A stretch of 64,000 nt of DNA from contig JADZFF010000033.1 in NCBI GenBank assembly GCA_020850015.1, forward strand, positions 50-64,049, read 5' to 3'. The notes beneath the pieces were generated by a model. That model made no database searches and had not been told where the DNA came from. It saw nothing but the letters and a program-made list of their open reading frames with translations. The stretch comes from Bdellovibrionales bacterium (lineage in GTDB: Bacteria > Bdellovibrionota > UBA1018 > JADZFF01). This document shows positions 34,651-43,660 of the stretch, piece after piece (position 1 is the stretch's first letter; every line of letters begins with the position of its first letter). A program made the position numbers and the translations under genes.

Positions 34651-37383
34651 GTGAATCCACGGGTTCTTTTCAGAATCTTATCGATCGTGTCGTGGGCTGC
34701 GGTGGCAGTCGGGGCCACCGGCTGTGGAGAGACCGGCGGGGTGGGCGGCGGTCGGCGTCTCACGGCCGAAGACATCCTGCGCGTGGCTCAGAGTGTTCCC
34801 GTGTCGCTTTCGATCTCGGCGGAGGCCGAGGCCGGCGCGGGAATCTGCGTCCCCCTGAGCATCACGAGCCTGAACGCGGCGGGCGCGCCCCTGGCGATCC
34901 CAGCAGACCGAAACCTGACCCTGACCACCTCGGGCGATGGGGTGTTTTTCTCCGACGACGATTGCGGAACGGCCGTGACCGCGATCCCCATGAGCGAGGG
35001 CCAGAGCGCGGCCCAGGCCTACTTCAAGGACTCCACCGTCGGCGCGGAAACCCTGACCGCCTCGCTTCCCGGGCTCGACGACGCCGTGTTCGCGATCGAC
35101 ATCCACCACAACCCGCCGGTGCTGCTCGCCTGGAGCGGAGTCTCCGAGGGCTCCGTCTACTCCTGCCTGCCCTTCCAGCTCACGCTGCGGGACGCGCTCG
35201 CTCAGGCCACCGTGTTCGGAGTCGAGACTTTGATCGTGCTGAGCTCCAGCGAGGGCGGGTACTTCGAGGACGAGAGCTGCTCGAGCCCTGTTTCGAGCCT
35301 TGCCCTGGGCCAGGACCAGTCCGTGGCCCAGGTGTACTTCCGAACGACGCAGCCTGGCCCGGAGCAGCTCCTGGCCCAGGCGGGCAGCGTTCCGCAGGCG
35401 GCTCATCCGGTGGCCTTCAATGCCGCGCCCGCCGTGAAGCTGAGGCTTCAGGGCCCGATGGCCGTGAACACCACCCAGTGCTCGGTCGTGACCCTCGCGG
35501 CGCTCGACGTGGAGAACGCGCCGGCGAACGTGGATGCCGATACGCCGGTGGCGCTCGCGCCCGGCGAGGGCGGCGGCTCGTTTTTCGCGGTGTCGGGCTG
35601 CAGCTCGCCCGTGGCGGGCATCACGCTCGCGGCGGGCACGAGCATGCGCACGCTCTACTTCAAGCAGACGGCGGTCTCCGCGCCGGTGACGCTGACGGCG
35701 ACGGCGGCCGACCTGGATCCCGGGAACCTCGAGATCAGCGTGACGAACGGCACGGCCACGATCCTGGAGCTGGTTTCCTCGGGCGGAAACACCTTTGACT
35801 CACGTGCCTGCATCCCCCTCACGGTGCGCACGCGCGACGCGAGCGGCAACGTCGTTTCCGTGAGCACGGCCACCGGCGTGAGCCTGAGCTCGAGCGGGGG
35901 AGGGGCCTTCTACTCCAACTCCGCCTGCACCTCCGCGGTGAGCTCGGCCTCGATCTCCGCGGGCACCTTCTCGCGAGACTTCTGGTTCAAGATGACCAAG
36001 GTGGGCGTGACGAGCCTGAAGGTCAGCGCGCCGGTGAAGCTGCCGGCCACCCAGGCCATCACGATCCTGCCCGGCCCGGCTGCGAAGCTCTTCTTCGCCT
36101 CGGGCCCCACGCCCTTCGCCGCGGGAACCTGCGCGCCCTTCACGGTCGGCGTGCGCGACGCGAACAACAACGCCGCTCCGGCCCCCGCCGGGCTCCTGGC
36201 GGCGCTCAGCGACTCGGCCGCCGGCGGGGCCTTCTACTCCGACGCCGGCTGCGCTTCGGCGATCTCGTCGATTCCAGTCGTGGAGGCGCAGATTCTTTCA
36301 AACGTCTTCTACTACCGCAAGGACGCTGCGGGTTCTGTGGTGCTCCGGGCCTCCTATCCCGGCCTGAGCGCGGTGGCGAAGAACGTGGCCGTGTCCACGG
36401 GCCTGCCCACGAAGATCGCGCTCGTCTCGCCCAAGGCCGCCGGGATCGTGAACGGCTGCATCGGCTACAACCTGCGCATCCAGGACGAGCTCTCTGTCTC
36501 CGTCAACACGCCAGCCGCGGTGTCCGTGACCCTCTCCGGCGCCGAGGACGGGGCCTTTTATTCGAATTCGAAGTGCACCGCCCCCATCACCGCCCGGAAC
36601 GTGCCGGCGGGGCAGGGCGCGGCCAACCTGGTTTTCTACTACCGCAAGCCTTCTACAGGCGCGGTAACGCTCACGCTCGCCGACGCGGCCGGCGCGCTCG
36701 CGGGCACCACGCGCCCCGTGACGGTGTCCTCGGGCATCGCCTCGCAGATCGTTTACTCGGCCGGGCCGACGAGCGTGAACGTCGGGAGCTGCAACAAGCT
36801 CACGATCCAGCTCCGCGACGAGGGCGCGCAAAACGTCACCACTCCCGTCGCGCTCCCCGTGGTCCTCTCGAGCACCGGTCTTGCGCCCTCCTTCCACACC
36901 GCCAGCAACTGCTCGGAGGCTTCCGCGGTCACCCAGGCCACGATCCCGCAGAACAAGGGCGCCGTGGCCGTGTACCTGCGCGAGGGCACGCCGGGGCCGG
37001 TGATCCTGGGGGCGGCGGCGGGCGAGCTCGCCCCCGCTTCTCGGCCCGTGACGATCGTGAATCTCGCCACGCGGCTCGCCTTCGCCTCGGGCGCGGCCAG
37101 CCTGCCCGTGCTCAGCTGCGGGGCCTACGTGATCCAGGCCACGGACGGGAACGCCACGGCGGTGGACGCCCCTGAAGAGAGGGTTCTCTCGCTATCGGGG
37201 CTCTCGGGTTCCGCGTCCTTCTTCCTGGACCCGGACTGCTCGCTCAGCCTCGACTCCGTTCCCATGCTCAAGGGCACGAGCGCGGTCACCGTGTACGTGT
37301 CTGGGATGGACGCCGCGGATTTCACGCTCGGCGCGGCGGCCGCGGGCCTCTCGCCGGCCGCCTTCCCCATCCAGCTGAGATAG
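34651..37383 (+). CDS. Large lipoprotein built from 8 tandem Ig-like repeats of about 100 aa
   Basis: The GTG at 34651 gives NPRVLFRILSIVSWAAVAVGATGC (lipobox-like). There are eight repeats, each with an early Cys (CxPLxxxxxD) and a late block G(G)AFYS(N/D)xxC(T/A)SxxSSxxxxxGxSxxxxYF(K/R)xxxxGxxTL. Confidence 0.75.
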   Translation: MNPRVLFRILSIVSWAAVAVGATGCGETGGVGGGRRLTAEDILRVAQSVPVSLSISAEAEAGAGICVPLSITSLNAAGAPLAIPADRNLTLTTSGDGVFFSDDDCGTAVTAIPMSEGQSAAQAYFKDSTVGAETLTASLPGLDDAVFAIDIHHNPPVLLAWSGVSEGSVYSCLPFQLTLRDALAQATVFGVETLIVLSSSEGGYFEDESCSSPVSSLALGQDQSVAQVYFRTTQPGPEQLLAQAGSVPQAAHPVAFNAAPAVKLRLQGPMAVNTTQCSVVTLAALDVENAPANVDADTPVALAPGEGGGSFFAVSGCSSPVAGITLAAGTSMRTLYFKQTAVSAPVTLTATAADLDPGNLEISVTNGTATILELVSSGGNTFDSRACIPLTVRTRDASGNVVSVSTATGVSLSSSGGGAFYSNSACTSAVSSASISAGTFSRDFWFKMTKVGVTSLKVSAPVKLPATQAITILPGPAAKLFFASGPTPFAAGTCAPFTVGVRDANNNAAPAPAGLLAALSDSAAGGAFYSDAGCASAISSIPVVEAQILSNVFYYRKDAAGSVVLRASYPGLSAVAKNVAVSTGLPTKIALVSPKAAGIVNGCIGYNLRIQDELSVSVNTPAAVSVTLSGAEDGAFYSNSKCTAPITARNVPAGQGAANLVFYYRKPSTGAVTLTLADAAGALAGTTRPVTVSSGIASQIVYSAGPTSVNVGSCNKLTIQLRDEGAQNVTTPVALPVVLSSTGLAPSFHTASNCSEASAVTQATIPQNKGAVAVYLREGTPGPVILGAAAGELAPASRPVTIVNLATRLAFASGAASLPVLSCGAYVIQATDGNATAVDAPEERVLSLSGLSGSASFFLDPDCSLSLDSVPMLKGTSAVTVYVSGMDAADFTLGAAAAGLSPAAFPIQLR

Positions 37384-37397
37384 GCGTTTCGCCGCCG

Positions 37398-38312
37398 TCA
37401 GGGCAGCGCGCAGATCGTCGCGAGCCTCGCCTCCTCGTGGCGGATCAGGCCCACGTTCGCGTAGCGGGCCCGGAGCTCGGCGTCCCGCTCGGGGTCGATG
37501 TCATAGAGCTCGGGGTCGGCGCGGTAGCCCGAGCAAAGACCGCGCAGGCGGCCGATCACGTGGCGGCGCATGGCCGTACGGTAATGGTTCGAGTTGAGGC
37601 TCTCGTCCCAGTATTCGTTGGCGTGGTCGAGGATGTCGAAGGGCCGCTGGATCACGGGGCGGTCGCCCTCCCAGCGGATGATGGCGGGTTTGCTGTCCAC
37701 GAGGCCCTCTTCGGTGAGGCTGCGGTAGAAGCGCATGCCCTCGGCGTTGGCCACGAGATCCCCGTTGGAGTAGACGCCGTTGAAGGCGTAGCCCAGGGGG
37801 CCGTGCTCGGTCTCCATGCCGTAACGGAGTGCCGCGGCTTCGCCGCGCCTTCGGAAGATATTGAACTCGTTCCAGCCCACCGAGAACATGTGAGTGAGCT
37901 TGTCGCTCCCCACGCGGGCCGTGCCGATGCCCAGCGTGTGGGCCAGGTGCGGGAAGAGCTGCACGAAGGAGGTCCAGGGGGGGATGCCACGGTAGATGAC
38001 CGAGTCCCAGGTGGTGTCGACCGTCGTGGCTCCCTCGATCCTGTCAGCCCAGAAAGAGATGCGGCCGAAGGCCAGCGTTCCATCCACCTTCCAGCGTACG
38101 GAGCGGGCGAACTTGTAGTCGTTGCGCTCCCCGCGCCAGCGCTCCACTGCCCGCTCGATCGCGCCGTTCACGCGCGCGTTGATCTGGGGGGAGACGTCGC
38201 TTACCTGCTCGTGGCGCCGCGTGTACTGGTCGGTTTCGGAGGCCCGCGCGGACTGCGCGAAACAGGCGCCCGCCAGGAGCGGCAACAGGACGAAGGACCA
38301 TTGGCTGTTCAT
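37398..38312 (-). CDS. Secreted protein of unknown function
   Basis: ATG start and signal peptide MNSQWSFVLLPLLAGACFAQSARA. Codon usage is consistent with coding, and there is no recognisable motif. Confidence 0.6.
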   Translation of the reverse strand: MNSQWSFVLLPLLAGACFAQSARASETDQYTRRHEQVSDVSPQINARVNGAIERAVERWRGERNDYKFARSVRWKVDGTLAFGRISFWADRIEGATTVDTTWDSVIYRGIPPWTSFVQLFPHLAHTLGIGTARVGSDKLTHMFSVGWNEFNIFRRRGEAAALRYGMETEHGPLGYAFNGVYSNGDLVANAEGMRFYRSLTEEGLVDSKPAIIRWEGDRPVIQRPFDILDHANEYWDESLNSNHYRTAMRRHVIGRLRGLCSGYRADPELYDIDPERDAELRARYANVGLIRHEEARLATICALP

Positions 38313-38488
38313 GTAAATACCCCTAACTCACCCGGCGAGGAGGCAGTGATAACTTGAAATGACGCTTTGCGCAATTTTGATGAAGTGGGACGGTGAGTTC
38401 GCGAAATAACAGACTAAAATAACTAAGAAAATTGGTCCACTTTGGTCCTTGCCAAGGGCCTTGCCCGGCGGGTACATCCCGATGCGCC

Positions 38489-40510
38489 ATGAAACCAGCC
38501 GCAAGCCAGATCCGCGTCGACAACGCCTCCGTCTATCGTGAGGCCTGTCGCCGTTTTCTGCCCACCACGCGGCAGGAGATGGAGTGGCGGGGCTGGGATG
38601 AGCTCGACGTCTTGCTGGTGAATGGCGACGCCTACGTCGACCATCCCACCTTCGGCATCCCGATGCTGGGCCGCTTCCTCGAGTCCCTCGGCCTCAAGGT
38701 GGGCATCGTCTCGCAGCCCCGTTGGGACACGCTCGAGGACGTGAAGGCCATGGGCCGGCCTCGCCTGTTCATCGGCGTGTCGGCCGGCACCGTGGACAGC
38801 CTCATCAACAACTACACGGCGAACAAGAAGGTACGCTCGGACGATCAGTACGCCCCCGGCGGCACGGGCGGCAAACGCCCGGACTACGCCTCTGTGGTCT
38901 ACTCGAAGCTCGCGCGCGAGGCCTTTCCGGACGTGCCCGTTGTGGTGGGCGGCGTGGAGGTTTCCCTCCGGCGCCTGGCGCACTACGACTACTGGCAGAA
39001 TCGTATCCGCCCCTCGACGCTGCTGGATCTCAAGGGCTTCGCCGACCTGCTCGTGTTTGGGATGGGCGAGCGGCAGACCCGGGTGCTCGTGGAGGTGCTC
39101 ACGGCCGCCGCGGCCGAGAGTCCGGACGGACGGGTGACGCTCGGCTCGGAGCCCGCCGCGCGCGCGCTTGCGCGCATGCGGGAGCAGCGGGGTATCGCGT
39201 ACCTGCTTCCCCGCGAGCAGGCGCGCGACATCCAGCCCCGCCTCACGCTGCCCTCCTTCGAGGAGGTGCGCGACGACAAGAAGAAATTCGCTAGGGCGGC
39301 CTACTTCATCGAATACGAGGCCTCGCCCTACAACGGCAGGCGGCTCATGCAGCACCACGGCGCCCACTCCGTGGTGGTGAATTCCCCCGCGCTCCCGCTC
39401 TCCACCGAAGAGCTCGACGCCATCTACGAGCTACCCTTCACGAAGGAGCAGCACCCGCAGTACTCGGCCCGCATCCCGGCGGCCGACATGATCCGTTTCT
39501 CGGTGAACGCACTTCGCGGCTGTTTTGGCGGCTGTTCCTTCTGCGCGATCACCCTGCACCAGGGCCGCGTCGTGCAGTCGCGCTCGGAGGGTTCGATCCT
39601 GAAGGAGCTGGGCGGGATGAAGGACGTGCCGGGCTTCAAGGGCTCGGTGAGCGACGTCGGCGGCCCCACGGCCAACATGTGGAACCTGCGCTGCAGGAGC
39701 ACCGAGGTGCAGAGCAAGTGCCGAAAGCTCTCCTGCGTGCACCCGAAGGTCTGCCCCCATCTGCACAAGGATCAGAAACCGTTGACCGAGCTGATGCGCA
39801 AGGCGCGCAAGGTGCCGGGCGTGAAGAACATCCGGATCTCGTCGGGCCTGCGCTACGACATCGCGCTCGCCGCCGGAGAGAGCGGGCAGGAGTACCTGCG
39901 CGATCTCATCACGCACCACGTGGGCGGGCAGCTCAAGGTCGCGCCCGAGCACCTCGACGACGAGGTGCTGCACCTGATGAAGAAGCCGGGCCTCAAGAAC
40001 TTCGATCAGTTCGTGTCGTTCTTCGAGAAGGTGTCGGCGGAGGTGGGCAAGGAGCAGTACGTGGTGCCGTACTTCATCTCGGGTTTTCCGGGCACGACGC
40101 ACGAGAAGATGGAGAAGATCCACGACTACCTCAAGGAGAAGGGCTGGAATCTCCAGCAGGTGCAGGCCTTCATCCCGACGCCCATGACGCTCGCAACGGC
40201 CATGTACTGGTCGGGCATCGACCCCATGTCCAAGCAGGCGCTCTATGTGGCCAAGGAATGGAAGGACCGCAAGCTCCAGCAGGCCCTGCTCCAGCCCAAC
40301 AAGCCCCAGCATCGCGAGATCCTGCTCGGTTACCGGCGCGGCAAGCGCCGCGGCGCGGCCTTTCAGGGCGGGAGCGTCGCTTCGCCGCATGCCGGCCGGC
40401 CTTCTTCTAAGCGCCCCTCAGGCGCATCGTCCGCCGGCCCGGGCAAGCGCTCGATTGTGGAGCCGCCGCGCTCTTGGTTGGGCCCGAAGCTCCTGCTCGA
40501 CGAACGCTAG
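38489..40510 (+). CDS. ygiQ: YgiQ-family radical SAM protein (UPF0313)
   Basis: N-terminal FLPTTRQEMEWRGWDELDVLLVNGDAYVDHPTFG and the radical-SAM cluster site LRGCFGGCSFCAITLHQGR. Basic C-terminal tail. Confidence 0.92.
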   Translation: MKPAASQIRVDNASVYREACRRFLPTTRQEMEWRGWDELDVLLVNGDAYVDHPTFGIPMLGRFLESLGLKVGIVSQPRWDTLEDVKAMGRPRLFIGVSAGTVDSLINNYTANKKVRSDDQYAPGGTGGKRPDYASVVYSKLAREAFPDVPVVVGGVEVSLRRLAHYDYWQNRIRPSTLLDLKGFADLLVFGMGERQTRVLVEVLTAAAAESPDGRVTLGSEPAARALARMREQRGIAYLLPREQARDIQPRLTLPSFEEVRDDKKKFARAAYFIEYEASPYNGRRLMQHHGAHSVVVNSPALPLSTEELDAIYELPFTKEQHPQYSARIPAADMIRFSVNALRGCFGGCSFCAITLHQGRVVQSRSEGSILKELGGMKDVPGFKGSVSDVGGPTANMWNLRCRSTEVQSKCRKLSCVHPKVCPHLHKDQKPLTELMRKARKVPGVKNIRISSGLRYDIALAAGESGQEYLRDLITHHVGGQLKVAPEHLDDEVLHLMKKPGLKNFDQFVSFFEKVSAEVGKEQYVVPYFISGFPGTTHEKMEKIHDYLKEKGWNLQQVQAFIPTPMTLATAMYWSGIDPMSKQALYVAKEWKDRKLQQALLQPNKPQHREILLGYRRGKRRGAAFQGGSVASPHAGRPSSKRPSGASSAGPGKRSIVEPPRSWLGPKLLLDER

Positions 40511-40528
40511 GCGCCCCGAGCCGCCGCC

Positions 40529-41215
40529 TCAGTGCGCTGCGCCCGACGAACCCGCGCCGGAGCTGGCGCCGCCGCCGGGCCGGGCCTCGCGCCTGTTGGC
40601 CGGGGCCGAGTCCGCGTCGGAAGAGCGCGCACTGGAATCCGCGCGCGAAGGCCCGGTGACGAAACGGGTGTCGTTCAAGCCGAACTCGCTGTCGCGGAAG
40701 GTCGCCACGGTCTGAGGCCAGGCGCGCAGGGCCGCGGGATTCGTGTCCTCGAGCCCAGCGCGGATCTCGTAGGGGGGGCGAAGCTCCACGATCGTCATCG
40801 AGGCGATGCGCTCTCCCACGAACTCGACCGTCGTGCGAGAGGGCCCCTGGTTGCCGCTTTCCCCTTCCTCGGTCAGGCAGCGGATGTGCTCGCCCTCCAC
40901 GCGGGAGCAGCGGAAGGGACCCCCGTGGGTCTGGGAGCGCACGAGTCCGGGCCACTGGATAATGAGGTCGAGGTTGAAGGTGCCGTCGGGCCGGGGATCC
41001 CGGCTGTAGCGGTCGCCCACGGTGATGCGGGTGAAGTAGCTCGTGCGTCTCGGGTTGTGGCTCGCGTCGCTCGTGCCGCCGGTGTGGCTGGAGAAAAACC
41101 GGGGCTCGCGGATGTCCATATGGCCCTCGCCCTTGGGCCGGCAGCCGGCTCCAGCGAGGGCAAGCACTCCTCCGGCGGCAAGAGCGGAAAGCCTGTTGAG
41201 CGCGCGGCGACGCAT
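40529..41215 (-). CDS. Lipoprotein of unknown function
   Basis: Signal peptide plus lipobox MRRRALNRLSALAAGGVLALAGAGC. Confidence 0.6.
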   Translation of the reverse strand: MRRRALNRLSALAAGGVLALAGAGCRPKGEGHMDIREPRFFSSHTGGTSDASHNPRRTSYFTRITVGDRYSRDPRPDGTFNLDLIIQWPGLVRSQTHGGPFRCSRVEGEHIRCLTEEGESGNQGPSRTTVEFVGERIASMTIVELRPPYEIRAGLEDTNPAALRAWPQTVATFRDSEFGLNDTRFVTGPSRADSSARSSDADSAPANRREARPGGGASSGAGSSGAAH

Positions 41216-41321
41216 GTATTCCCCCTACGAGGAGTGTACCGCGTTCGGGGGGCGCCTGCCGAGCGCCCCGAAAACCAGCGGAATAGCAGGGATTCTTCTG
41301 TGGGGCCCGGCCGCGCGCCGC

Positions 41322-42266
41322 CTACCGGTCAGCGTAGCGATCCGTGGCGCTCACGAGCTCGTGGGTGATGCCGGCCTCGAAAGCGGAGTGGCCGGCGTCG
41401 CCCACGACCCTGAGCTCCGAGTCCGGCCAGGCCTGGTGAAGCTCCCAGGCGCTCTGGGGGGGGCACACCACATCATAGCGGCCCTGCACGATCACGCCGG
41501 GGATCTTCGCCAGTCGCGCCGCCTGCGAGAGCAGGGGCTTCTCGCGCAGCCAGCCGCCGTTCACGAAGTAGTGGCACTCGATCCGAGCGAAGGCCAGGGC
41601 GAAGCGGTCGGCGGCGAAGTGCTCGATGAACTTGGGATCTGGGCGGAGCTGGCTCGTGCTCCCCTCCCAGATGCTCCAGGCTTTCGCTGCTTCCAGTCGC
41701 TCCTCCTCGTCGAGCGAGACGAGCCTGCGGTGGTAGGCGGCCACGAGGTCCCCGCGCTCGCCCTTCGGGATAGGCTTCAAGTACTCGCGCCAGGCTTCGG
41801 GGAACATGCGGCTCGCGCCCTCCTGGTAGAACCACTGGATCTCCCAGTCGCGCAGCAGGAAAATCCCGCGCAGCACGAGCTCGCTCACGCGCTCCGGGTG
41901 TGTGACCGCGTAGGCGAGCGCGAGCGTGCTTCCCCAGGAGCCTCCGAAAACCTGCCAACTCTCGATGCGGAGATGCTCCCGGAGGCTCTCCATGTCGGAG
42001 ACGAGATCCCAGGTGGTGTTGTCGCGCAGCTCGGCGAAGGGAGTGCTCTTTCCGCAGCCCCGCTGATCGAAAAGGATGATTCGATACTTCTCCGGACTGA
42101 AGAAGCGCCGGTGCTTGGCCTCGATCCCGCCGCCCGGCCCGCCGTGGAGGAACACCACGGGTTTGCCGCGGGGGTTCCCGCACTCCTCGTAATAGAGAGT
42201 GTGAAGCTCGCTGACCGGAAGAGTGCCCGTGAGGCGGGGCTCGATCTCGGGATAGAGGATTTTCAT
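41322..42266 (-). CDS. pip: Prolyl aminopeptidase (proline iminopeptidase)
   Basis: The ATG at 42266 gives MKILYPEIEP...LYYEECGNPRGKPVVFLHGGPGGG. Nucleophile elbow GGSWGSTLALAYA. The 314-aa length is typical. Confidence 0.92.
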   Translation of the reverse strand: MKILYPEIEPRLTGTLPVSELHTLYYEECGNPRGKPVVFLHGGPGGGIEAKHRRFFSPEKYRIILFDQRGCGKSTPFAELRDNTTWDLVSDMESLREHLRIESWQVFGGSWGSTLALAYAVTHPERVSELVLRGIFLLRDWEIQWFYQEGASRMFPEAWREYLKPIPKGERGDLVAAYHRRLVSLDEEERLEAAKAWSIWEGSTSQLRPDPKFIEHFAADRFALAFARIECHYFVNGGWLREKPLLSQAARLAKIPGVIVQGRYDVVCPPQSAWELHQAWPDSELRVVGDAGHSAFEAGITHELVSATDRYADR

Positions 42267-42303
42267 GGCGAGGTTGTAGCATGCTTCAGCTAGACTGGGG
42301 CGC

Positions 42304-42900
42304 ATGCCGACATCTCGCCGGGCGTCATTCGTCGCGTGCTTTCTGATTCTCTCCACGGCCTGCTTCGCTGCGGCCGAGGCTTGGGCCAATCCCTGGCTGA
42401 AACCGCTCGTCGGGATGCATTTCGGGCCCACCTGGACCTATGGGGCCTTGGCGTCGAATCCGGGAAAGCTCGGAATTCCTGTGGCGGGGCTCCATCTGCT
42501 GATTTCGCAGAGCCGCCGCCTCAAGTTCCGAACATACTGGGAGCTTCAGAATTTCCGGTTCAGGAATGAGCGCACCCTCTTCGACGCGGAGAACGGCAAT
42601 CGCGCGTTCACTTTTCTCTTCATGCCCGCCTACCAGCTTTACGGCACGCCGCTTGGGAACACCTACATCGCGGCCGGGGCGGGCATGGGATTTCACAGCT
42701 CCTTCGGACAGAGCGTTCCCTGGCTCGCCGCCGCATGGGGAAGCCACTTCAAGCGCATGGCCTTCTTCGAGATCCGCGGCCAGTTCAACCTGAAGCGCGA
42801 CACCTTACAGGACATGTATTTCGCGGCGATGCTGGGCATCCACTTCAACCCCCACGAGGCAACCTGGAAGGAGTCCCTGGCCGAGGAGGGCGTGCGGTGA
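42304..42900 (+). CDS. Small outer-membrane beta-barrel-like protein
   Basis: Signal peptide MPTSRRASFVACFLILSTACFAAAEA and alternating aromatic/hydrophobic strands. Its stop overlaps the GTG start of the ceramidase gene (GTGA). Confidence 0.6.
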   Translation: MPTSRRASFVACFLILSTACFAAAEAWANPWLKPLVGMHFGPTWTYGALASNPGKLGIPVAGLHLLISQSRRLKFRTYWELQNFRFRNERTLFDAENGNRAFTFLFMPAYQLYGTPLGNTYIAAGAGMGFHSSFGQSVPWLAAAWGSHFKRMAFFEIRGQFNLKRDTLQDMYFAAMLGIHFNPHEATWKESLAEEGVR

Positions 42901-43616
42901 GCGCTTTCAACGCGCCCCGGCTCCCGGAGGGATGCCCCTGGGCGGAGTGGTCGCCGCCGAATATCCACTGGTGCGAGGAGAACCTCTGCTCCTGGATCAC
43001 GACACCCGCGAACACCTGGTCCAACCTGGCGTATCTCGCCGTCGGCGCGTTGCTTTGGAAGTGGTGGCGCGCGGACCGCGCGGCGGGCAAGGGGGCCCAG
43101 GCGGCTGCGCTGGGGATCTTCCCCCCGGCCGCGGTCGCGATCGGCCTGACCTCGTTCGCGTTCCATGCCTCCTACACCTTCTTCTTCCAGTTCTTCGACT
43201 ACGTGGGCATGTACACGCTCTTCTGCCTGCTCATCGTGCTGAATCTCAGGCGCTCGGGGCGAGTGCAGCCCTCGTTCCTCGTGCCCGCCTACCTCATCGG
43301 GATCTGCGGCATGTCCGCGCTCGTGCCCGTGATGCACGCGGCGGGAATCCCCGTGCAGCTCACGATCGCGGGGCTCCTCGCCCTGATTCTCGCTCAGGAA
43401 CTCTGGCTTCGATTCGACGGTCGGCGCAAGCCCGAGTACCGCGAGCTGTGGCGCGCGCTCGGCGCGTTCGGCTTGGGCTTCGTGTTCACCCTGCTCGACG
43501 GCACGCGCACCTGGTGTGATCCCTCGAACCACTGGCTCCAGGGGCACGCGCTCTGGCACGTCTTCACGGCGCTCGCGCTCCCCTTTCTCTACCGGTTTTA
43601 CCGCCCTCTTCTCTGA
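42897..43616 (+). CDS. Alkaline ceramidase family (ACER/YPC1-like) 7-TM hydrolase
   Basis: HWCEENLCSWITTPANTWSNLAYL resembles the animal ACER N-terminus (WCEENY...WNTxSNL). Other blocks are FHASYTFFFQFFDYVGMY and C-terminal GHALWHVFTAL. Confidence 0.85.
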   Translation: MSAFNAPRLPEGCPWAEWSPPNIHWCEENLCSWITTPANTWSNLAYLAVGALLWKWWRADRAAGKGAQAAALGIFPPAAVAIGLTSFAFHASYTFFFQFFDYVGMYTLFCLLIVLNLRRSGRVQPSFLVPAYLIGICGMSALVPVMHAAGIPVQLTIAGLLALILAQELWLRFDGRRKPEYRELWRALGAFGLGFVFTLLDGTRTWCDPSNHWLQGHALWHVFTALALPFLYRFYRPLL

Positions 43617-43660
43617 GCCCGATTTCTGATCCGGATTGTGAAGTCGCTTCATCTCTGTGC

